Shown here: positions 31,005-41,159 of the stretch, piece after piece | How the letters are laid out: every line of letters begins with the position of its first letter | Position numbering within the stretch: position 1 is the stretch's first letter | From: an uncultured Chloroflexia bacterium | Lineage (GTDB): Bacteria > Chloroflexota > Limnocylindria > QHBO01 | Reading direction: 5' to 3' | Assembly: GCA_963827475.1 (NCBI GenBank) | Contig: CAWHAZ010000005.1 | Coordinates: 736,001-800,000, forward strand | Length of the DNA stretch: 64,000 nucleotides | The notes under the pieces: generated by a model | Seen by the model: only the letters and a program-made list of their open reading frames with translations | Told to the model about the DNA's origin: nothing | Databases searched by the model: none | Position numbers and translations under genes: made by a program

Positions 31005-31780
31005 AGATCGTCGTCTGCGTCAAGCAGGTGCCGGCGACGACCTCCGAGAAGCGCTACACCTCCGACTACCGCCTCGACCGCGCCGCCACCGAGGCCATCG
31101 TCAATCCCCTCGACGAGTACGCCATCGAGCAGGCGCTGCGACTGAAGGAGGCCGGCGCCGCCGACGAGGTCTCGTACCTGACCATGGGTCCGGAGCCGGC
31201 CGCGGAGGCCGTGCGGCGCGCGCTGGCCATGGGCGGGGATGCGGGCTACCACGTCACCGACCCGGCCCTGGCCGGGGCCGACGAATGGGTCACCGCGCGC
31301 GTGCTGGCCGCGGCCCTCGACCAGCTGGCGCCCGACGTCAGCCTGATGGGCATGGCCTCGGACGACGCGCGCGGGTCGCTGGTGCCGGGCGCGGTGGCGG
31401 CCATCCGCGGCGTGCCCCTGCTGGCCTACGGCGCCGAGCTGCGCCTGACCGATGGCGCCGCCCAGATCCGCCGCCTGAACCCGACCGGGTTCGACATCCT
31501 CGAAGCGCCGTTGCCGGTCGTGGCCAGCGTCACCGACCAGGTGGGGGAGCCGCGCTACGCGAGCCTGAAGGGGATCATGGCCGCGCGGCGGCTGGAGCTC
31601 ACGACCTGGTCCCTCGCCGATCTCGAGCTGGACGCGGCCGGCCTGACCTCGCGAACGCGGGTGGTCGAGGCCACGCCGCCGGCGGCGAAGCCGCCGGCCG
31701 AACGGATCACCGGGGTCGGCGCCGACGAGGCCGCCACGCGGATCGCGGACTGGCTCGCCGCGCGGAAGCTCATCGCCTGA
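31001..31780 (+). CDS. etfB: Electron transfer flavoprotein beta subunit
   Basis: 'MKIVVCVKQVP', 'NPLDEYAIE', 'EPRYASLKGIMAA'. Confidence 0.95.
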   Translation: MKIVVCVKQVPATTSEKRYTSDYRLDRAATEAIVNPLDEYAIEQALRLKEAGAADEVSYLTMGPEPAAEAVRRALAMGGDAGYHVTDPALAGADEWVTARVLAAALDQLAPDVSLMGMASDDARGSLVPGAVAAIRGVPLLAYGAELRLTDGAAQIRRLNPTGFDILEAPLPVVASVTDQVGEPRYASLKGIMAARRLELTTWSLADLELDAAGLTSRTRVVEATPPAAKPPAERITGVGADEAATRIADWLAARKLIA

Positions 31781-32748
31781 TGGCGGACGTCGCGTTCCTG
31801 GCCGAGTTCGCCGAGGGCCAGCCCACCCGTGCCGCGCTCGAGCTGGCCGCGGGTGCCGCGGAGCTGGCCGCCGGGGGCGCGGCGATCGGACTGGCCTACG
31901 GTCCCGGCGCTGCGGATGGGGCCGGCAGCCTGGGAGCGGCCGGGGCCGGCCGGGTGCTCGTCCTCGACTCGTCGGGCGCGCCGGCGGTGACCGTGGCCGG
32001 CCAGCTGATCAGCTCCGTCCAGGCCGAGGCGCCAGCCGCCGTGCTCGTCCCGGCTACGCCGAACGGCCGCGACCTGGCCGCGGTACTCGTCGGCGCCCTG
32101 GGTCTGCCGGCCTTCGGCCCCATCCGCGCAGTACGAATGGATGGTGGTCACATCCGGTGCGAGATGTCCACACTTCAAGGGTCCGTGATCACGATTTCCG
32201 AACCGGCTGGTGACGCGCCACCCACCGCGGTCATCCTTGTCAGCGCGGGGACCTACTCCCCCCGCCAGGACGGCAGCGGCAGCGCCGCGGTGACCATCGT
32301 CGACGCGGTCGACTCGCCGCAGGCCACCGTCCGGATCGTGGAGTCCGCCACCGAGGCGGCGGCCATCGCCGCGCTCGAGGAGGCGGATGTCATCGTGGCC
32401 GGCGGACGAGGCGTGGGCGGCGCGGCCGGATTCGAGGAGCTCGAGAAGCTGGCCGCCGCTCTCGGCGGCGTGGTCGGCGCCTCGCGGGCGGCTGCGGACG
32501 CGGGCTGGGTTCCGTATCAGCTCCAGATCGGTCAGACTGGCAAGGTCGTGAAGCCCGCCCTGTACCTGGCCGTCGGCATCAGCGGCGCGATCCAGCACCG
32601 CGTGGGCATGCAGGCGGCCGACAACGTGGTCGCCATCAACCGAGACCCCGACGCGCCCATCGGCGAGTTCGCTGACCTGTTCGTGGTCGGCGACCTGTTC
32701 GAGATCGTGCCGCGCCTGACGGCCGAGATCGAGCGGCGAGGAGCGTGA
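31780..32748 (+). CDS. etfA: Electron transfer flavoprotein alpha subunit
   Basis: 'VAGGRG', 'GASRAA.DAGW', 'QIGQTGKVV', 'GISGAIQH..GM'. Confidence 0.95.
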   Translation: MADVAFLAEFAEGQPTRAALELAAGAAELAAGGAAIGLAYGPGAADGAGSLGAAGAGRVLVLDSSGAPAVTVAGQLISSVQAEAPAAVLVPATPNGRDLAAVLVGALGLPAFGPIRAVRMDGGHIRCEMSTLQGSVITISEPAGDAPPTAVILVSAGTYSPRQDGSGSAAVTIVDAVDSPQATVRIVESATEAAAIAALEEADVIVAGGRGVGGAAGFEELEKLAAALGGVVGASRAAADAGWVPYQLQIGQTGKVVKPALYLAVGISGAIQHRVGMQAADNVVAINRDPDAPIGEFADLFVVGDLFEIVPRLTAEIERRGA

Positions 32749-33265
32749 AGGACGTGACCGTCTTCCGCCGTCGCGCCTCGGATCACGTCGACACCGCGCA
32801 GCTCCAGGCCTACCGCGCGTTTCTGTCGCCCCATTTCGAGCAGATCGAAGGGCATCTGCGACAGCGTCGGGAGAGATCGCCGATGACCTCCGTCGCCGGA
32901 TCCGCGAGCCCGACGAGGTGTCGAGCGGGCTGACCGCCGCCGAGGCGCAGCTCGACGAGATCGCCCTGGCGGTGGCCGAGCAGGCCGCCCCCGAGCCGCT
33001 GCGTGCCCTCCATGCCGAATTTGACGCCAACCTCGAGCGCGCCCTGCGCGGGGTGGTGACCATCGAGCGCGGCTGTGGCCTCACCCGCCTGCCGCACGCG
33101 TCGATCTACGACGACGAGCCGCAGGCGTACTGGAAGCGCGGCCACCTGAACATCATTCACGCCCAGATGCGCATGCGCGAGATCGCCGACATCCTGTTCG
33201 CCTGGAAGGCGGGCATGCCGGCGGAGACCTCGGTCGCCGCCCGCATCCAGCAGATGGGAGCCTGA
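32745..33265 (+). CDS. Hypothetical protein; frameshift near 32880-32915
   Basis: GTG overlapping the etfA stop; ORFs 32745-32933 and 32918-33265 appear to join. Confidence 0.5.
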
Positions 33266-33280
33266 GCCCAGGGGCTGACA

Positions 33281-33326
33281 ACGGCACATCTTGTGGTATC
33301 GTTGCCATCGGTACCACCCGTGGTGT
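33281..33326 (+). promoter_or_regulatory. Putative tandem NrdR boxes
   Basis: ACGGCACATCTTGTGG (33281) and GTACCACCCGTGGTGT (33311), imperfect matches to acaCwAtATaTwGtgt, immediately upstream of nrdR. Confidence 0.5.
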
Positions 33327-33348
33327 AGTCCGTGCCGGAGAGGAGCCC

Positions 33349-33819
33349 ATGCGCTGTCCTCGCTGCAGCGAGTCGAGCACCCGCGTCATCGATTCCCGCG
33401 ACCTGGAGAACGGCAGCACCATCCGCCGCCGGCGCGAGTGCGAGCTGTGCGCGTATCGATTCACGACCTACGAGCGGCCCGAAGGTGCGCGCCTCCTGGT
33501 GGTCAAGCGCGACGGCTCGCGGCAGGAGTTCGAGCGGGCGAAGCTGCTGGAAGGGTTGATGAAGGCCTGCGAGAAGCGGCCGGTGACCCTGGTCCGCCTC
33601 GAGGAGGCGGCCGACGAGATCGAGACCCGGCTCCGGGAACGGGGCGACGCGGAGGTCACCTCCAAGGAGATCGGCAAGCTGGCCACCGAGGCCCTGCGCG
33701 GGATCGACCAGCTGGCCTACATCCGGTTCGCTTCGGTCTATCACAGCTACGAGGACATCTCGACCCTCAAGCGCGAGGTGGACCGCCTCATCCGCCACCG
33801 GAGCGGGCCCAGCGAGTGA
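33349..33819 (+). CDS. nrdR: Transcriptional repressor NrdR
   Basis: 'MRCPRC...VIDSR...IRRRREC..C..RFTTYE', ATP-cone, 'AYIRFASVY'. Confidence 0.97.
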   Translation: MRCPRCSESSTRVIDSRDLENGSTIRRRRECELCAYRFTTYERPEGARLLVVKRDGSRQEFERAKLLEGLMKACEKRPVTLVRLEEAADEIETRLRERGDAEVTSKEIGKLATEALRGIDQLAYIRFASVYHSYEDISTLKREVDRLIRHRSGPSE

Positions 33820-34406
33820 TCCTGTCCGACCGGGACATCCGGGCGGAGCTGGCGGCCGGCCGGATCGTGATCGAGCCGTTCGACCCGGACGCGGTGCAGC
33901 CGTCGAGCGTGGACCTGCACCTGGATCGGTCCTTTCGCGTCTTCCGCAACACCCGCTACCCGTTCATCGACGTGCGCGAGGAACAGCCAGACCTCACCGA
34001 GCTGGTCACCGTCGACGGCGACGATCCGTTCATCCTCCATCCGGGCGAGTTCGTGCTCGGCTCCACGTTCGAGCGGGTCGCCCTGCCCGACGACCTGGTG
34101 GCCCGCCTGGAGGGCAAGTCCAGCCTCGGCCGGCTCGGACTGCTCATCCATTCGACCGCGGGCTACGTGGATCCCGGGTGGGACGGGAACCTGACCCTCG
34201 AGCTGTCGAATGTGGCCAACCTGCCGATCACGCTGTTCGACGGGATGAAGATCGGCCAGATCAGCTTCCAGCGCCTGTCCAGCCCGGTCGAGCGGGCGTA
34301 CGGCGATCCGAGCCTGGGCTCCCGCTATCGCGGACAGACCGATCCGACCGCGAGCCGCTACTTCGCCGATTTCTCGCGGACACGGGCCCGGCGGCCCGGC
34401 TCCTGA
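33816..34406 (+). CDS. dcd: dCTP deaminase
   Basis: 'ILSDRDI', 'QPSSVDL', '[10 protein letters not shown]', 'DPGWDG.LTLE', 'YRGQ'. Confidence 0.95.
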   Translation: MILSDRDIRAELAAGRIVIEPFDPDAVQPSSVDLHLDRSFRVFRNTRYPFIDVREEQPDLTELVTVDGDDPFILHPGEFVLGSTFERVALPDDLVARLEGKSSLGRLGLLIHSTAGYVDPGWDGNLTLELSNVANLPITLFDGMKIGQISFQRLSSPVERAYGDPSLGSRYRGQTDPTASRYFADFSRTRARRPGS

Positions 34407-34431
34407 CGCCGCCCGGGCGGGCTCTGCGGGC

Positions 34432-35301
34432 ATGAACGAGCCGCCGTACGAGATCACCCCACCGGATCAAGCCCGGCTGTTCGGCGGCGGGGTCTCGGTC
34501 CGCGTCGTGCGGGCCGGCAGGTTCCGCCCGGATGCCGGCGGCTTTTTCGGCGTCGTGCCAAGGCCGTTGTGGGAGCGCCTGGTCGAGACCGACGACCGCG
34601 GGCGGATCCTGTGTAGTTTGAACCTGCTCATCCTCGATGCGGGCGGCAAGCGGATCCTGGTCGAGACCGGCACCGGGCTGCGGATGACGGCCCGCGAGCG
34701 GGACATCAAAGGCGTGGAAGGGGGCGATCCGGTCGCCGCGCTCGAGGCGGTAGGCGTGGACCCGGCATCCATCGACTACGTCGTGGTCAGCCATCTCCAC
34801 TACGACCACGCCGGCGGGATGATCGACGGCGACGGTCGGCCGGCGTTCGCCAACGCCCGGTATGTCGTGCAGCGCGACGAGGTCCAGGCCGCGCACGGGG
34901 ACGAGCTGCGGCTGGCCGGGATCATGGAGCGGGACCAGCTCGACATCATCCAGGCGGCCGGCCAGCTGGCCGAGGTCCACGGCACGGTGGAGCTGGTCGA
35001 GGGCGTCACCGTGGCCCGAACCGGCGGCCATACCCGTGGCTCGCAGGCGGTCCTCCTCGGGCGAGAAGGCGACGGGGACCGGGGCGTGTTCTTCGGCGAC
35101 CTGGTCCCGACCCGCTGGCAGCTGCCGATCCGCTGGACGAGCGCCTTCGACGACTACCCGATCGACGCGGTCGAAACGCGTCGCGAGCTCCTGACTCGCG
35201 CCGCCGACGAGGGGTGGTGGTGCTACTTCACCCACGACCCCGGCGAGATGCCGATCCGGATCGAGGCCACGGAACGGGGGATCCTGGTTCGGGCCGAATG
35301 A
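34432..35301 (+). CDS. MBL-fold metallo-hydrolase (YtnP-like)
   Basis: 'D.G..FGVVPR.LW', HLHYDH, 'GGHT', 'GDL.P', 'HDP'. Confidence 0.9.
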   Translation: MNEPPYEITPPDQARLFGGGVSVRVVRAGRFRPDAGGFFGVVPRPLWERLVETDDRGRILCSLNLLILDAGGKRILVETGTGLRMTARERDIKGVEGGDPVAALEAVGVDPASIDYVVVSHLHYDHAGGMIDGDGRPAFANARYVVQRDEVQAAHGDELRLAGIMERDQLDIIQAAGQLAEVHGTVELVEGVTVARTGGHTRGSQAVLLGREGDGDRGVFFGDLVPTRWQLPIRWTSAFDDYPIDAVETRRELLTRAADEGWWCYFTHDPGEMPIRIEATERGILVRAE

Positions 35302-35391
35302 CCGCGTGGGTGGTCCTCCCGGGCTGACCCATCAGTACCGTGCCGGTCGCGCGACCGGGTGTGGCATTCTGGCAACGGGTCAATGGAGTTC

Positions 35392-35853
35392 ATGCGTTCT
35401 CATTACCGATCCTGGCCGTCCCCGCCGCTTCGTGCGGTGGGGATCGCGCTTGCGCTGCTCATCGCGCTGAGCGCCTGCGACGCGCTCGGCGGCAGCGGCT
35501 CACCCACGCCCGACCCATCGGATCGCGCCGCGGCCACGCCGCGACCGACGCCACTGCCCAGCCCTCCGGCCGGCGCGGTCATGCTCGAGGCGCGCAACCG
35601 GCAGTACTCCACCGCCACCATCGAAGGCGTGGCCGGCGTCCCGACCATCATCTACTTCACGAACAACGACGACCAGAACCACAACGTGACGATCTACCGC
35701 AACGCGTCGAAGGACTTGGAGCTCTTCCGCGGCGTGGTGTTCGTCGGCCCCGAGGTCACGGTCGTGTACGAGGTGGATGCGCTCCCGGCCGGGGAGTATT
35801 ACTTCGCCGACCTGGTGACTCCGTCCATGCACGGGACGTTCATCGTCCGCTGA
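35392..35853 (+). CDS. Cupredoxin-fold lipoprotein with degenerate copper site
   Basis: Lipobox LSAC; 'HNV.IY'; 'YYFADLVTPSM.G' where C-x2-H-x2-M is expected. Confidence 0.78.
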   Translation: MRSHYRSWPSPPLRAVGIALALLIALSACDALGGSGSPTPDPSDRAAATPRPTPLPSPPAGAVMLEARNRQYSTATIEGVAGVPTIIYFTNNDDQNHNVTIYRNASKDLELFRGVVFVGPEVTVVYEVDALPAGEYYFADLVTPSMHGTFIVR

Positions 35854-35895
35854 TCCCGGTTCGCCGGGCGGGTTCGCCGCGTATCATCCCGGCTC

Positions 35896-36291
35896 GTGCG
35901 CACCTCGATCTCCCTCCGACCCGCCTGGGTGCTGCTGGCCGCCGCCCTCCTGCTGGCGGCCTGCGGCGGCGGCAGCCCGTCGGGCTCGGCCGAATGCCGT
36001 GCCGCGGTGGACGGGGAGCTGACCATCACCGCCGACGACCTGGCCTTCGACACGGCCTGCATCGCGCTGCCGGCCGACGAGGCCATCACCCTCATCCTGG
36101 TCAATGACGACACCGATCCCCACAACGTCGCGATCTACACCGATTCGTCCAAGGACACCGAGCTGTTCGCCGGCGTGATCATCGATGGCGGCGAGACGAT
36201 CTAGTACGAGGTCCCGGCCCTGGAGGCGGGGACGTTCTACTTCGACTGCACCGTCCACCCGGCCATGAACGGCAGCGTGGTGGTCGAATAG
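35896..36291 (+). CDS. Cupredoxin lipoprotein interrupted by an in-frame TAG (36202-36204)
   Basis: Lipobox LAAC; 'PHNVAIY'; after the TAG the same frame continues 'YEVPALEAGTFYFDCTVHPAMNG'. Confidence 0.8.
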
Positions 36292-36310
36292 GCGGTACCC
36301 TGTTCGGCGG

Positions 36311-36386
36311 GCCCCCGTAGCTCAGTGGATAGAGCGGCACCGTCCTAAGGTGCGCGTCGGCGGTTCGAGTCCGTCCGGGGGCGCCA
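36311..36386 (+). tRNA. tRNA-Arg (CCT)
   Basis: GCCCCCG/CGGGGGC stem, anticodon arm GCACC-GTCCTAA-GGTGC, GGTTCGAGTCC, CCA. Confidence 0.93.
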
Positions 36387-36452
36387 CTTTCCCTTTCGCC
36401 GGTGGCCGCTGAGGCATACCATTCGACTCCTGCACCTACGGAGAGAGGGGTC

Positions 36453-36689
36453 ATGATCGAACGGCTTCTGAGCGTCGGGACCGGAGCGCTGGTCACCTAC
36501 CTGGCGCTCGTCATTCTCAATCCCACCGACAGCCTGGACCCCAACGGCGATTACCTCACCGCGGTCCTGATCGGCGCGGCCACCAGCCTGATCTGGCCGC
36601 TGGTGTGGCTGTTCCTGATCCGACGCCGACGGCAGAACAAGATGGACGAGAAGGTCGCCGAAGAGGTCGCCAAGCAGACGGGCGGCTGA
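36453..36689 (+). CDS. Small 2-TM hypothetical protein
   Basis: GAGGGG RBS; two hydrophobic segments and a charged tail. Confidence 0.6.
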   Translation: MIERLLSVGTGALVTYLALVILNPTDSLDPNGDYLTAVLIGAATSLIWPLVWLFLIRRRRQNKMDEKVAEEVAKQTGG

Positions 36690-36714
36690 TCCGCACGGTC
36701 GCCCTGCACGCAGC

Positions 36715-37507
36715 CTACGGCTCGGGCTCGCCGATGCGCTGCTGGAGCTCGATCAGCGGCCGCTGACTGACCTGCAGGAAGCCCTCACGCGGTCGGTCGA
36801 GATCAACGATCAGCGTTAACGTGGCGCCCAGGGCGACGATCATGATCGTCGCCGTGACGATGCTCCGCTTGCCTGCCTGCCCCGCGCCGAAACCGACCAT
36901 CCCGATCGAACCGAATGCGAGCAGCAGGAGGAATACGAGGATGGTGTCGGGCACCCGAGCATAGATGCCTGCGGTCACGCGCTGTGCGCTGACCGTGATG
37001 ATGTCGTTCACCGACTCGACATAGAGCGCGATGATGTCCGAGCGATCCAGCTCGATGGCGACCTCCTCGGTCACCGCCCATAGCTCGTCATGGATCTCGT
37101 TCGACTCGCGCGAGGTTGGCCAGTTCGGTGGCGATGTCCGGATCCTCAGGGACGATCCGGAGCGGGACGTACTCGCGGAGCAGGTTCCGGATTTCGGACT
37201 GGTATGGGTCCGGCAGGTACCCCGCCCGCAGGTACGTGGTGTTGATCGTGGTCGCCTCCTCCAAGACAAGGCCCCGCCTGGCGTCGAACCGATCGGCGGC
37301 GATGCCCATCGCGATGGCGAGCAGGAACGCAAGCAGGCCGAGCAGCGCGCCAACCAGCGTGCCACTGGCGCCTTCGTGCTCGTCCGGGTTCCGGGCCTTC
37401 CGCCAGCGGCCGATCCGGAATCCGATCTCGAACGTGAGCAGCGAGACCAGGACGAAGCCGAAGAAGACACCGATGATCGGGATGGGATCGAGGAGCGCCT
37501 GGGGCAT
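36715..37507 (-). CDS. DUF4239/bestrophin-like membrane protein; frameshift near 37110
   Basis: 'GLLAFLLAI..G.A..RFD.RR', 'YLRA', 'IVDLDRP..G.LQVS'. Confidence 0.8.
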
Positions 37508-37833
37508 CAGTTGTGGGCTCCCGAGAGGTTCAGCACGATGACGCCGAGCACGATCAGGGCGATGCCGGCGATGCCGACCCACCCCAACGTTTCGCGGAAG
37601 AATACGACGCCGATGATCGCGATCGCGGCCGTCCCGATGCCCGACCACACCGCGTAGGTGACGCCCAGCGGGATGTCGCGAAGGGTGAGCGACAGGAAGT
37701 AGAAGCTCGCCGCGTAGCCGATCACGACCACGATCGCCGGCGCCAGGCGGGTGAAGCCGTCGGACGCCTTCAGCGCGCTGGTGGCGACGACCTCCGAGCC
37801 GATGGCGAGCAGGAGCCACACGACTGGTTGCAT
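37507..37833 (-). CDS. SMR family small multidrug efflux transporter
   Basis: 'AI.SEV.AT..LK.S.GFT', 'IPLG.TYAVWSG.G'. Confidence 0.92.
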   Translation of the reverse strand: MQPVVWLLLAIGSEVVATSALKASDGFTRLAPAIVVVIGYAASFYFLSLTLRDIPLGVTYAVWSGIGTAAIAIIGVVFFRETLGWVGIAGIALIVLGVIVLNLSGAHN

Positions 37834-37905
37834 CGGTTCGTTAGCATGGCAAATCGAGCGATGCTGCGGCATCTCGTTCCGGCGTCGCCGATATGGGAGG
37901 GTCAC

Positions 37906-38580
37906 ATGCAAGGCTCTGTTCCCGCGGTCGTAGCCGAAGCCATCGGCACGTTCCTGTTCTTCTTCATCGCCGCCGGCGCGGCGCTGCTGGCCACCGGAGA
38001 CCCGGCGGCCGCGCTCCTGATCGTGGCAATTGCCCACGGCGTCGTGCTCGCCGTCCTCGTTTCGTCCTTCGGCGCCGTCTCCGGAGGGCACTTCAACCCG
38101 GCGGTCACCCTCGGCCTGTTGGTCGCGGGCAAGATCGATGCGGTCAAGGGCGTCGTCTACATGGTGGCCCAGCTGTTCGGCGGAGCCGCGGCAGGATTCG
38201 CGCTGGCCTACTTCCTCGGTGACGTCGACCGGCGCGGTCCCGGCCCTCGGGGAGGGCGTGGACGTGACCGAGGGCATCATCATCGAGGCGATCATGACCA
38301 CGGTCCTGCTGTTCGCCGTGTTCGGCACCGCCGTCGATTCGCGGGGCCCGAAGATCGGCGGCCTGGCCATCGGCCTCGCGGTCGCGGTCGACATCCTGAT
38401 GGGCGCCACGCTCACCGGGAGCCGCCATGAACCCCGCCCGCTGGTTCGGGCTGGCGGTCGCCGGCCGGCGACTACGACAACTGGTACGTGTGGTGGATCG
38501 GCCCGTTCCTGGGCGCCATCGTGGTCGCGCTCCTGTATCGATTCCTGCTGGCTCCCCCGACGAGGCTCGAGGCCGCCTAG
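37906..38580 (+). CDS. MIP/aquaporin family channel; frameshifted
   Basis: 'SGGHFNPAVT' and second 'MNPAR' in another frame, 'WYVWWIGP..G'. Confidence 0.88.
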
Positions 38581-39258
38581 AGGAAGAACTCGCCGAACAG
38601 CCCGGCCAGGGCGGTGAACGCGTCGAGCACGATCAGCGCGCCCACCGCCATCACCGCCACGCCGGACGCGACCCGGATCGGGCGCTCGTGGGCCCGCAGC
38701 CAGCCGATGGCCGGCTTGACCCTGGGCAGGAACGCCGCCGCGGCGAGGAACGGGAGCGCGAGCCCGGCGGAGTAGGCGACCAGGAGGAGCGTCGCGGCGG
38801 CCACGTCCTGGGTCGAGGCGCCCATGGCCAGGATGGCTCCCAGCACCGGACCGATGCACGGGGTCCACCCCACCGCGACCAGGGCTCCCAGGCCGAGCGC
38901 TCGCGGCCCCACGGCGCCGGACTGCGGCGCAAGCCCGACCGGGTGACGGCACGCGGTCGAGGACCGGCCCGAACAGGCCGGTCATCAGCAGGCCCAGACC
39001 GATGACGATGAGGCCCGCGACCTGGCGGACGATCGGCTCCCGAAACAGGGTCATGCCGATCAGGCCGACAGACACGCCGAGCACGATGAACACGAGGCTG
39101 AAGCCGAGGGCGAACAGGGCCGCCGGGCCAAGCACCGATCGGCCACCGACCGCTGCCTCGGCGAGGACGGCCACGTAGACCGGGACGAGGGCCAGGACGC
39201 ACGGGGTGAGGAACGAGACCACGCCGGCCGCGAAGGCCAGCGCGAGGCTCAGCTCCAC
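38577..39258 (-). CDS. ccdA: Cytochrome c biogenesis protein CcdA; frameshifted
   Basis: 'AG..SFLTPCVL.LVP', 'GWTPCIGPVL', 'YSAGLA.PF'. Confidence 0.88.
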
Positions 39259-39262
39259 GGCG

Positions 39263-40778
39263 TCAGACCGGCTCGACGACGATCGGCTGGGCGATGATCC
39301 ACAGGGACAGGATGGTGTAGCCGATCATCAGCGCGACCAGCGGCAGGCCGGCCAGGATCGGTCGCGACGCCTGGTCGCGGAGGCCCACCCGATGGGCGAG
39401 GACCACCGCCGCGATGTGCCCGCCGACGATGGCGGCCACCGACAGGTACCAGATGAAGGCGGTGGGGATCCAGTCGATCACCGGCGCGAGCGCGTTCGGA
39501 TCGACGATCAGCATCGGCAGCCAGACGATCCCCTCGATAACGAACGTCAGGTAGTGGGCGACGAGGTAGCCCGCGGCGATGGGCAGCAGGGTCGGCCCGT
39601 AGGTGCCCGCCAGTCGGCCCAGTGTCGGGCGCGCCCCGCCCAGCCTGCCCACGGAGATGCGTCGGGTGAGCCACACCGCCGCCGCGAAGGCCGCCACGAA
39701 GAAGGCGAACAGCCCCGTGAGCATGAGGACGGGGGCGAGGTAGCTCGCCGCCAGCGGACCGAACAGGATCGAGAGCGGCGTGAACAGGGCGGACAGGATC
39801 TGGGCCCCGAGCGAGGTCTGCTGGAGGCCGTCGAAGGTGACCCCGGCCAGGAGCGAGGATGATGAACGCGGCGTCACTCCATCGGCCCGGCACCCGCTCG
39901 GTGAGGCCGGTGATCCACCACCGCAGGTCGACGACCTGGTCGCCACCGTCGCGCGCGGCGATGCACTCGGCGCAGTCGACGCAGTGGTCGGGCCGGCACT
40001 CCTCGGTGCAGCCGGCGCACAGTTCCGTGCGCTCGGTGCGGCGTCCCGCGGGCCCGACACGCCCGAACCAACCGTTCAGGATCTCGAAGATCTCGAACGA
40101 GCGGAGCCACGTCACGCTGCCGAACACGACCATGCCGACGAGGGTCAGGACGGTGTAGGCGACCAGGACCGAGGCCAGGGAGACGGGGTTCAGCCGATCG
40201 GGCCAGATGAGCTCGAGGATGAGGAAGACGAACAGGATGGCCACCGCCGGACCGCGTCCGAGGTTGGGGATCCGCACCCCGAAATCGAGGCGCCGACCGC
40301 CGGCGACCCAGCGCACGAGCGCGTCGATCGCGTCATAGGTCGTCCGGAATGGGCTGAGCGACGGCCACGGGTTGCCGAACAGCGCGGCGGCCATCGGGAT
40401 GCCCACCCAGATCCCAACCCAGAACAGGACGGCGGGCAGGTAGGTGATGCCGCCGATGACGAATCCGGTGGCGATGGCCCCGTACCACCAGGCCAGGCCC
40501 AGCAGTCGCAGGACGATCCCCCCGACGCGAGCCACGCCTTCGTGCATGGGCCGAGTCGGGTAGCGCGGCGGGTCGCCGGGCGGCTTGACCACGACCACCG
40601 CCACCACGAACGACGCCCCGACCGCCACCGCCGCGGCGGCGAGGTACAGCCAAAGCGGGAGCGGGAGCGGGAACGCGGATCCGAATGCGTGGGCCGCGGC
40701 TGGCTGGGGGACGAGGGCTCCCAGCCCCGCCGCCGCGAGGGCCGCCGCGGCCGACGCCGCCCGGCGCCTACGGCTCAT
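39263..40778 (-). CDS. Polytopic membrane protein ('fenitrothion hydrolase'-annotated type) with a Cys-rich loop; one frameshift near 39855
   Basis: 'AHAFG...LPLPLWLY', 'W..LSPFRT', 'TL.PIA.GY.VAHYL', 'GGH..AV..AH', 'M..YT..SLW'. Confidence 0.7.
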
Positions 40779-41136
40779 TGACCGTGAGTACGCCGACTTC
40801 CGTGCTCTCGCCGCCCGAGTGGTCATGGAGCTCGATGATGAACTGCCCGGCGCGGTCGGCCGTGAACTCGAGGGTCGTGACCTCTCCCGGCTCGAGGGAC
40901 GTGGCCGGCACCTGCTCGTCGTAGCCATGAATGTGGAACACCCCGTCAGTCTCGCTTGTGACCTCGAGGGAGACGTCCTGGTCACGACAGGCCGTCAGGG
41001 TGGACGGATCCATGGCCGTATCGGTGACGGTGACCTCCAGGCTGACCGATGGCTCCGCGCAGGCCGGATCACCGGGCACGCAGCCGGCGGCGATGAGCCC
41101 GACGGCCAGCATCGCGACCAGCCTGCGATGCCGCAT
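40768..41136 (-). CDS. Cupredoxin-like lipoprotein
   Basis: Lipobox AAGC; 'FHIHGYD', 'F.ADRAG.F.IELH'. Confidence 0.78.
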   Translation of the reverse strand: MRHRRLVAMLAVGLIAAGCVPGDPACAEPSVSLEVTVTDTAMDPSTLTACRDQDVSLEVTSETDGVFHIHGYDEQVPATSLEPGEVTTLEFTADRAGQFIIELHDHSGGESTEVGVLTVNEP

Positions 41137-41159
41137 GGACCATTGACCTCCGGTGATGC

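Noticed and set aside
35343-35358. Perfect 16-bp palindrome CCGGTCGCGCGACCGG upstream of the cupredoxin pair
   Set aside because: Single, almost all G/C, and no match to a copper-regulator box I can identify; insufficient support.
36311-36386. tRNA with CTA in its anticodon loop next to a gene with an in-frame TAG (amber suppressor?)
   Set aside because: The 7-nt loop GTCCTAA places U33 before CCT, so the anticodon is CCT (Arg); the D-loop A20 also fits Arg identity.
37507-39258. 583-aa CcdA-SMR fusion ORF; likewise PmbA-DUF951 (49823-51376)
   Set aside because: Produced by frameshifts that run through unrelated or antisense sequence into the next gene's frame.
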